From IMG/VR virus record IMGVR_UViG_3300025889_000140, positions 1 through 58,200 of that record: DNA of 58,200 nt; one strand, given 5' to 3'. The position numbers were made by a program, and so were the translations under genes. This stretch comes from a virus. Its lineage: Duplodnaviria > Caudoviricetes. Within the stretch, counting starts at the first letter, position 1; each line of letters starts with the position of its first letter. The notes under the pieces are model-generated. The model made no database searches. It was given only the letters and a program-made list of their open reading frames with translations, and was not told the origin of the DNA. Positions 1-5,887 of the stretch are shown one piece after another.

Positions 1-47
1 TTTCAGCAGATGGCTCTTAATTCATATCTAACTAAAAACTATTAATT

Positions 48-155
48 ATGAAAGAAGAAATATTATATCAAATCGAAGAATTTGAAGACGGATATCTGTC
101 ACCTTATAGGTTAGTAGAAAAAATAAAGGAAATACTAAACAATACCACAGATTAA
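48..155 (+). CDS. small hypothetical early protein (35 aa)
   Basis: ATG at 48 after AT-rich leader; MKEEILYQIEEFEDGYLSPYRLVEKIKEILNNTTD*; stop TAA lies in stem I of hammerhead 1. Confidence 0.6.
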   Translation: MKEEILYQIEEFEDGYLSPYRLVEKIKEILNNTTD

Positions 156-206
156 CTGACGAGTCCTAAGAGGACGAAACACCTGAGTAATCAGGTGTCT
201 TAATCT
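149..206 (+). ncRNA. type I hammerhead ribozyme HH1
   Basis: agattaa-CUGACGA-gtcct/aag/aggac-GAAA-cacctga/gtaa/tcaggtg-UC-ttaatct; all core nucleotides and three stems present; predicted cleavage after C199 (GUC). Confidence 0.95.
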
Positions 207-220
207 TAAAATTTATTATT

Positions 221-562
221 ATGAAACACACCAGAGAAATCAACGGAGTCACCTACGATATTTTAAATCGTGGGTGGGAAACCAGTAGAGCATGGGGACA
301 CAAGTCTGAACTCTATGCTAATGGAAACTTTATTGGCGAAGCCAAGGTGAGATACTACAACAGAACATGGGAGTCCTACAGGTTTAGGTCTTGTATGCAG
401 AAGTTAGTAGGTGACTTGATTGAAGACAGAGAGAAGACCTATCTTCGTATCTACAAGGAAAACAATGGGATAAAAAGACTGACAGCCGACATGAAGCGTG
501 AAGCACTGGCTAAAGCAGATAACCCAGTAGGAAATTTATATAAACTTTACGAAACAATTTAA
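221..562 (+). CDS. hypothetical early protein
   Basis: 113-aa ORF, starts 21 nt after HH1 cleavage site. Confidence 0.8.
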   Translation: MKHTREINGVTYDILNRGWETSRAWGHKSELYANGNFIGEAKVRYYNRTWESYRFRSCMQKLVGDLIEDREKTYLRIYKENNGIKRLTADMKREALAKADNPVGNLYKLYETI

Positions 563-566
563 AACT

Positions 567-821
567 ATGAGTAAATTAAACCACAAAGCACAGAAGTTGA
601 TAGTAGAATACTTCAACCTCAACAACGGACACCCAGACGATGAGAATTACGACTGGAACTACTATGATATTCAAGGATATCAAGAAGACCTGGACGAAAG
701 TCCTGTAGAAGATGCTTTTGATATAGAGGATATTGAACATCTTCAGATGCGTATAAAATACCTACGCATGTACCATGAAGCCAAAGAAAAACTTAAAGTT
801 TATGGCCACGTGTACGCTTAA
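567..821 (+). CDS. hypothetical acidic early protein
   Basis: 84-aa ORF, tightly packed, stop abuts HH2. Confidence 0.75.
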   Translation: MSKLNHKAQKLIVEYFNLNNGHPDDENYDWNYYDIQGYQEDLDESPVEDAFDIEDIEHLQMRIKYLRMYHEAKEKLKVYGHVYA

Positions 822-886
822 GATTAACTGATGAGGGTTTATTATCCGAAACAGCTGTGCAATCTATTTGCATGGCTGTCTTAATC
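822..886 (+). ncRNA. type I hammerhead ribozyme HH2
   Basis: gattaa-CUGAUGA-gggt/ttatt/atcc-GAAA-cagctgtgcaa/tctat/ttgcatggctg-UC-ttaatc; predicted cleavage after C880 (GUC). Confidence 0.93.
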
Positions 887-901
887 ATTAAATTTTTTAT
901 T

Positions 902-1195
902 ATGAAAGTAACAATTTTACAACGTAGTGTATACTACAAAACGGCAGAGGTAGAGATAGACATAGACATGAATCTGTATGACCATTGGAGGTTAGACAAT
1001 GGTAAGTATGCAGACATAGGAGACTACCTAATAGAGAATGAAGACCTATGGTCTGACAAGATAGACCAAAAGCTAAGCGAGTCTGAATTCATCTTCGGAT
1101 TTGGAATGGATAGTAGTGGGGGTTGGGCAGACGCTGAGCTAGAGTCTGAATTCAGATACGAATGTGACGAACTAAAAATAGGAGGACACTTATGA
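902..1195 (+). CDS. hypothetical acidic early protein
   Basis: ORF track starts at GTG 857 inside HH2; ATG 902 (MKVTILQR...) follows the typical AT-rich leader, 21 nt after cleavage. Confidence 0.75.
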   Translation: MKVTILQRSVYYKTAEVEIDIDMNLYDHWRLDNGKYADIGDYLIENEDLWSDKIDQKLSESEFIFGFGMDSSGGWADAELESEFRYECDELKIGGHL

Positions 1196-1335
1196 AAATT
1201 AAACAGCACAAAATACTGCCGTCTGGACTTCATGCAATCCTGGACCAGAAAAATAGAGTACATATCTACACAGAGTTAGAATACCAACAGCTAACCTGGT
1301 GGCAGAAAGTTAAATTACAGAATGGTTGGAAGTAA
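1192..1335 (+). CDS. small hypothetical protein (47 aa)
   Basis: ATGA overlap with previous stop; MKIKQHKILPSGLHAILDQKNRVHIYTELEYQQLTWWQKVKLQNGWK*. Confidence 0.65.
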   Translation: MKIKQHKILPSGLHAILDQKNRVHIYTELEYQQLTWWQKVKLQNGWK

Positions 1336-1358
1336 ATTTACTATGCATGCATAGTATA

Positions 1359-1390
1359 TTTGGATATGTTCAAATTAAGTTTTATATTTG
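1359..1390 (+). promoter_or_regulatory. Bacteroidota sigmaA-type promoter
   Basis: TTTG (1359-1362), 20-nt spacer, TATATTTG (1383-1390); matches -33 TTTG / -7 TAnnTTTG consensus. Confidence 0.75.
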
Positions 1391-1410
1391 TCAAAATTAA
1401 GTTTAAAATT

Positions 1411-1659
1411 ATGAAATACACTAAAGAATATTGGGAATGGAACAATTCTCAAGATGACCTGCTCTTAAGAGCCAACCCAGATTTGATTTTTCAACTGCCA
1501 AAGGTTGAAACTACCACGTGTAAAGTCCTGGTAGTAAACCCCTCTAATTACAAGACAGACAAGGGGTATATAAGCAAGAACTATTGCTTTTGCAATCCTG
1601 CAACCACGTTTGTGGGTGACACCATTAAAGTAAGAACTAAATTTATTCAAAAATTATGA
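1411..1659 (+). CDS. hypothetical protein
   Basis: ATG 1411 (MKYTKEYW...) lies downstream of the promoter; track start at 1360 would overlap it. Confidence 0.65.
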   Translation: MKYTKEYWEWNNSQDDLLLRANPDLIFQLPKVETTTCKVLVVNPSNYKTDKGYISKNYCFCNPATTFVGDTIKVRTKFIQKL

Positions 1660-1841
1660 AAGAGCAATATAGAATTTTACGAAGAATGCAAGAAGATGGC
1701 TACAACGTAGTCACTTGCGGTAATTGTGGCGATGTAGTGTTATTGGAAGTAGATGACACTATTGAGGACGTTCAATGTCCACACTGCAAAGAGACTATGG
1801 ACTATAGCGACATGCCAGATTTATACCACCAGATTAACTGA
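1656..1841 (+). CDS. small zinc-ribbon protein
   Basis: CGNC...CPHC pairs; stop TGA lies within HH3 core CUGAUGA. Confidence 0.75.
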   Translation: MKEQYRILRRMQEDGYNVVTCGNCGDVVLLEVDDTIEDVQCPHCKETMDYSDMPDLYHQIN

Positions 1842-1889
1842 TGAGACTTGAGTAGTCGAAAGGGTAGGAATTTTCCTACTCTCTTAATC
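1832..1889 (+). ncRNA. type I hammerhead ribozyme HH3
   Basis: gattaa-CUGAUGA-gact/tgagt/agtc-GAAA-gggtagga/attt/tcctactc-UC-ttaatc; predicted cleavage after C1883 (CUC). Confidence 0.93.
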
Positions 1890-1917
1890 AGGCGAAAGCC
1901 ACTAAATTTATTTTATT

Positions 1918-2124
1918 ATGAGTATAGATATGATGAAAATGTTCATGCTCCTGGGGGACATGACAAATGAAGAGAGCTCCTTGGCTGACAAGGTAGCTTA
2001 CAAACAGCGTATAGCGTTTGCTACAATGCGTAATGCTATTCCAGACTGGCAACCACCTAGTGACTGGGACACACTTTCAGATGAAGTTAAGATGGAACGT
2101 CTAACGAAACTTATGGAAGTATGA
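1918..2124 (+). CDS. hypothetical protein
   Basis: 68-aa ORF downstream of HH3. Confidence 0.75.
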   Translation: MSIDMMKMFMLLGDMTNEESSLADKVAYKQRIAFATMRNAIPDWQPPSDWDTLSDEVKMERLTKLMEV

Positions 2125-2228
2125 ATGCACAAGAAAACCTGGTGGCTTACCTCGAAGCAAGAGTTGAGTCACTTGAAGCCAGGGTTAAAGAACTAGAAGA
2201 AGAAATTCAATCACTTAAAAGCAATTAA
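2121..2228 (+). CDS. short coiled-coil peptide (35 aa)
   Basis: ATGA overlap; MNAQENLVAYLEARVESLEARVKELEEEIQSLKSN* with heptad Leu/Val pattern. Confidence 0.6.
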   Translation: MNAQENLVAYLEARVESLEARVKELEEEIQSLKSN

Positions 2229-2245
2229 CTATAAAATTTATCACT

Positions 2246-2878
2246 ATGCCTAATCACGTTTATCACACAATCAAAGCTACGACAGACAAAGGTCGTAAAG
2301 TATTAAAAGAAATATCCAAAACCGAATACGGAATATGTGGATATGTAAAGCCAATGCCTAAAGACTTGACAGGAACAACAAGTCCACAGCGTATACCAGA
2401 AACAATATCAAGAGAAGAGTCTGACAGATTGAAAGATTTGTATGGCTACGATAACTGGTACGACTGGTGCTATAGAAACTGGGGGACAAAGTGGGGGTGC
2501 TATGACAACCATTATGATGAAGTCCAAGGGACTCTACATTTTGCTACAGCATGGTCACCTTTCAACTTTGATGTTCTTGATTTATTAACCAAGAAATTGC
2601 CAGACTTTATCTGGACCTGGGAAGAAGAGCAAGGATTTGGTGAAGAAGAAGAATTCCAGGACGGAGAATGCATACGTTCTTTCTCATGGGATTTGCCAGA
2701 GATATCAGATGACATTGTTGAGGTTGACGGAGTAGAATACATGGTCTTGCTATCTGACCACGTTACTCCAGACCAGACCTTTCCTGCAGGTTATTACCTG
2801 GCTTATGAGCCACTGGAAGAGGGTAGAATTGCTGAAACTTTAGAAGAATTAAACAAAAAAGTTTTGGACAATTCATAA
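2246..2878 (+). CDS. DUF1281/YubB ferredoxin-like domain protein
   Basis: MPNH start, YGYDNWYDW..NWGTKW and FATAWSP motifs typical of this family. Confidence 0.75.
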   Translation: MPNHVYHTIKATTDKGRKVLKEISKTEYGICGYVKPMPKDLTGTTSPQRIPETISREESDRLKDLYGYDNWYDWCYRNWGTKWGCYDNHYDEVQGTLHFATAWSPFNFDVLDLLTKKLPDFIWTWEEEQGFGEEEEFQDGECIRSFSWDLPEISDDIVEVDGVEYMVLLSDHVTPDQTFPAGYYLAYEPLEEGRIAETLEELNKKVLDNS

Positions 2879-2894
2879 ACATTTATTAAATTTA
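2863..2894 (+). promoter_or_regulatory. putative Bacteroidota-type promoter (variant -7)
   Basis: TTTG 2863-2866, 20-nt spacer, TAAATTTA 2887-2894, upstream of the recombination module. Confidence 0.45.
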
Positions 2895-2917
2895 CAATTC
2901 ATTAAACACTATTTTTT

Positions 2918-3124
2918 ATGGGAAGAACTAAAGAACTATTCGCAGATGTGCGACAGCAAGAGGCAGACAGGTTAGATGCCGACTATGAGTATCAACTTTG
3001 GCTATCAAAGGTAAGGTTTCATAGTAAATCCTTAACCAGAACTACAGAGGTCCTCGATGATTTATTCGAGGGTTTTGCTATGGCTATAAAGCATGGCCAG
3101 GAACAATCTAAACACTATAATTAA
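2918..3124 (+). CDS. hypothetical protein
   Basis: 68-aa ORF with AT-rich leader. Confidence 0.7.
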   Translation: MGRTKELFADVRQQEADRLDADYEYQLWLSKVRFHSKSLTRTTEVLDDLFEGFAMAIKHGQEQSKHYN

Positions 3125-3427
3125 ATGCACTATCCAATTTTTAGTGGGTACGTATCACACGTTTGTGACGTGTACTCCATTAGTCCAGTTGATTTGTTTG
3201 TTAAGAGTAAACGCAGAGATATAGTAGATGCCAGGCATCTGCTATATTTCCTTTGCTATGAAAGACCTATGCGTATTCGTTATATCCAACAATACATGGA
3301 AGAAAACGGATACAGAGTAGGTCACTCAACAATCATACATGGAATAAAACAGATAAAAGAGAAGTCAGAATATGATAATGACTATCAGAAAATAATTAAT
3401 GATATAAAAGAATGTATAACTCTTTAA
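3125..3427 (+). CDS. DnaA C-terminal (domain IV)-like HTH protein
   Basis: SKRRDIVDARHLLYFL...GHSTIIHG resembles the DnaA domain IV signature (R.R.i..aRq.amYl...dHtTv.ha). Confidence 0.7.
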   Translation: MHYPIFSGYVSHVCDVYSISPVDLFVKSKRRDIVDARHLLYFLCYERPMRIRYIQQYMEENGYRVGHSTIIHGIKQIKEKSEYDNDYQKIINDIKECITL

Positions 3428-3822
3428 GTAGTGTCTTTGAGGAAGCACTGAACGATGAAAAAGCAGCCAATGTAGATGGCAAAGGATATGAGTCCAGAAT
3501 TCTGCATGGCTGTAAGATTACAAGAGATAACGAGACAGGTAATGTGCTTATCCAGAACGTAGCTCTTGGTGGGGATTATTATAAACCTATTGACTATGAG
3601 TCGGAGTGGAAGTTTGTTGACAAAGGTTGGCGATATGGTGTTTATAATCTTTGTATTGAAACCTATCACATAAAATTAAAACGGATAGAGGAAAGAATAA
3701 AAGAAGAAATGAACACAAAGCAAAACCCTAAACAAATTCAGCACCTAAAGACTCACAGAGAGAGAATACTAAATATGTATAACACAATAAACAATAAATT
3801 AAAATCACTAAATTATGAGTAA
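3412..3822 (+). CDS. hypothetical protein
   Basis: 136-aa ORF overlapping neighbours. Confidence 0.75.
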   Translation: MYNSLSSVFEEALNDEKAANVDGKGYESRILHGCKITRDNETGNVLIQNVALGGDYYKPIDYESEWKFVDKGWRYGVYNLCIETYHIKLKRIEERIKEEMNTKQNPKQIQHLKTHRERILNMYNTINNKLKSLNYE

Positions 3823-4411
3823 TTCAAAATCAGTTTTCGAGACATTGAACTCTATCAATGTAAATGACAAAGTAGAAAAGAAGAACAACCTAACGTATCT
3901 ATCATGGGCATGGGCATGGGCAGAGGTTAAGAAAAATTATCCAACTGCCACCTATACAATCTATGAAGATGTGAATGGAATGTTCTACCATACCGATGGT
4001 AAATCTGCATGGGTAAAGACTGGGGTAACAATCAACGACCAGGAACATATTGAGTACCTACCTGTAATGGACTACAGAAACAACTCAATTCTTCTGGACA
4101 AAATTACTTCAGTAGATGTAAACAAAACAATACAGCGTAGCTTAACAAAAGCTATAGCAAGACATGGTCTTGGGTTGTATGTGTATGCAGGTGAAGACTT
4201 GCCAGGCGGTGAAACTAACGTAACATCAAAGAAACCTGTCGCTAAAAAGATGACAACGATTGAGCTAAATATAGGCGATGAAAACTGGGACAAAGTCCTC
4301 AAGTATGTAGTCGCTAACAAGAGCAAAGGTCTTAAGGTTATTGGCGAAGAGCTAAAGACAAAGTACAGCATGACTACAGCTGTTAAGAAAGAAATAGCAA
4401 ATGCAATATAG
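3815..4411 (+). CDS. Sak3/DUF1071 single-strand annealing protein
   Basis: LTYLSWAWAW and QRSLTKAIARHGLGLYVYAGEDLP motifs. Confidence 0.85.
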   Translation: MSNSKSVFETLNSINVNDKVEKKNNLTYLSWAWAWAEVKKNYPTATYTIYEDVNGMFYHTDGKSAWVKTGVTINDQEHIEYLPVMDYRNNSILLDKITSVDVNKTIQRSLTKAIARHGLGLYVYAGEDLPGGETNVTSKKPVAKKMTTIELNIGDENWDKVLKYVVANKSKGLKVIGEELKTKYSMTTAVKKEIANAI

Positions 4412-4413
4412 TC

Positions 4414-5145
4414 ATGAAAGATATCATCAAATTACTACAAGACGATAGAGAATACTATGATGGGGTTGGAAAGAATTATCTTTCTAACTCCAACATTGGT
4501 GACCTGTTAAAAAATCCTAAGAACTTTAATAAAAAGCAAGAGGATAATAAAAATTTCCTGGTGGGTAGATATTTCCATCAGTTAATTCTTGAGCCAGAGA
4601 AAGCACAGGCAGTGCCACATATTGACCTGGCCACACGAAGAGGTAAAGCTTACGATAGTTTCCTGGAAGAGCATGGTCTGGACATAGGATTGCTCACAAA
4701 AGAAAAACTAGAGACAGAAAAACTGGTTAATGAGATACTAAACGTGAATGACTTCAGAGATTTAATACGTGAGGACGGAGCTCAATATGAAGTGCCTATG
4801 ATTAAAGAAATACATGGCGAAATGTGGAAAGGTAAGGCCGATATTGTTGGCAGTAACCACCTGATTGACCTCAAGACTTCAAGTTCTATTGAAAAATTTA
4901 AGTGGAGTGTACGAGATTATAATTACGACAGCCAAGCTTACATCTACCAGGAGTTGTTTGGTAAGCCACTTGTTTTTCTTGTGATTGATAAGACAACACG
5001 TATGATGGGCATGTACCCAGTAAGCGATGAAAGTTTAGAACGTGGCGAGCAAAAGGTTATCAAAGCTATAGAGCAATACAGAAAGTTCTATGGTGACAAC
5101 CCCTCTGAAGATATAAATCAATTTTATTTCTATGAAGAAGTTTAA
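4414..5145 (+). CDS. RecE-like PD-(D/E)XK exonuclease (DUF3799-like)
   Basis: LSNS, GRYFHQLILEP, KGKADIV..IDLKTS, YDSQAYIY motifs; adjacent to annealase. Confidence 0.8.
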   Translation: MKDIIKLLQDDREYYDGVGKNYLSNSNIGDLLKNPKNFNKKQEDNKNFLVGRYFHQLILEPEKAQAVPHIDLATRRGKAYDSFLEEHGLDIGLLTKEKLETEKLVNEILNVNDFRDLIREDGAQYEVPMIKEIHGEMWKGKADIVGSNHLIDLKTSSSIEKFKWSVRDYNYDSQAYIYQELFGKPLVFLVIDKTTRMMGMYPVSDESLERGEQKVIKAIEQYRKFYGDNPSEDINQFYFYEEV

Positions 5146-5302
5146 AGATTATATAAAAAACTTATTTGATTATCAAGTAGGAAGACGTGTAATGTGGTTT
5201 GAAGTTCCGATGGACTGCAGAACACGTGAAGCAAAAGATGAAATCATCTTGAGCACTATAGAAACATTGGAACGAACTATTAATATTAATAATTATGAGT
5301 AA
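5132..5302 (+). CDS. small hypothetical protein (56 aa)
   Basis: MKKFKDYIKNLFDYQVGRRVMWFEVPMDC...INNYE* fills the gap and overlaps both neighbours. Confidence 0.6.
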   Translation: MKKFKDYIKNLFDYQVGRRVMWFEVPMDCRTREAKDEIILSTIETLERTININNYE

Positions 5303-5597
5303 TTCAAACACAAACGATGAAATTGTATTCGCAGATGGGTTCAAGTTCAGAAAGAAACACCCTAACCAAAAAGACTTTGTCTTGGGGAGTTTAAGTATCA
5401 AAGTAGATGATGCTATCACATTTTTAAAATCTAACCAGAAAAATGGTTGGGTAAACTTAGGTATCAAAGAAAGCCAAGCAGGTAATCCTTACATGTTTGT
5501 TGATAACTTTGAGCCAAAGTCACGTAACAACAATGCTAATGGAGTAGACACAGCTCCAAATCAAGCACCTGTTCAAGAGGCAGACCTGCCATTTTAA
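5295..5597 (+). CDS. putative single-stranded DNA-binding protein
   Basis: short beta-rich protein with flexible tail ending EADLPF (SSB-type tail), in a recombination module. Confidence 0.65.
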   Translation: MSNSNTNDEIVFADGFKFRKKHPNQKDFVLGSLSIKVDDAITFLKSNQKNGWVNLGIKESQAGNPYMFVDNFEPKSRNNNANGVDTAPNQAPVQEADLPF

Positions 5598-5606
5598 TTT
5601 AATATT

Positions 5607-5636
5607 GGGGGGGTGTGTAATGCACCTCCCTTTTTT
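5607..5636 (+). terminator. intrinsic terminator
   Basis: GC-rich hairpin gggggggtgt-gtaa-tgcacctccc followed by T6. Confidence 0.8.
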
Positions 5637-5801
5637 ATACTATGAAAAGATTAACAAAGATTTCAGCGTGGCTAACCATTGGGTTTATTTCCTTTCTGGT
5701 AGGCCGAACAATTATCAGACTTGTGTTAAGTTTTTTTTCTATATAGTAGTATTAGTTTAATATATTTATTTATATTTACTTCCTATATGTAGACTAAAAG
5801 T

Positions 5802-5872
5802 TAACATTTATAACATAACCACTGATAATCAGTAAGTTAAGTAACACAAAGTCGACACAAAGTCGACACAAA
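5802..5872. repeat. composite origin-like element, copy 1
   Basis: TAACATTTATAACAT, N5, CTGATAATCAGTAAGTTA (IHF-like WATCAR-N4-TTR), then 11-bp tandem acacaaagtcg x2.6; second copy at 56177. Confidence 0.7.
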
Positions 5873-5887
5873 TAAATTAAATTCAGC

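Noticed and set aside
857-901. ORF-track N-terminal extensions starting at 857, 1360 and 57919
   Set aside because: They begin inside ribozymes or a promoter; downstream ATGs (902, 1411, 57979) have proper leaders.
149-1889. Intergenic repeats as a CRISPR array, attC sites or terminators
   Set aside because: The spacers are whole genes of variable length, there is no cas or integrase gene and no U-tract, and the conserved bases match the hammerhead core exactly.
2222-2245. caattaact as a relic hammerhead junction
   Set aside because: Only a short match to stem I with no core; expected by chance in AT-rich DNA.
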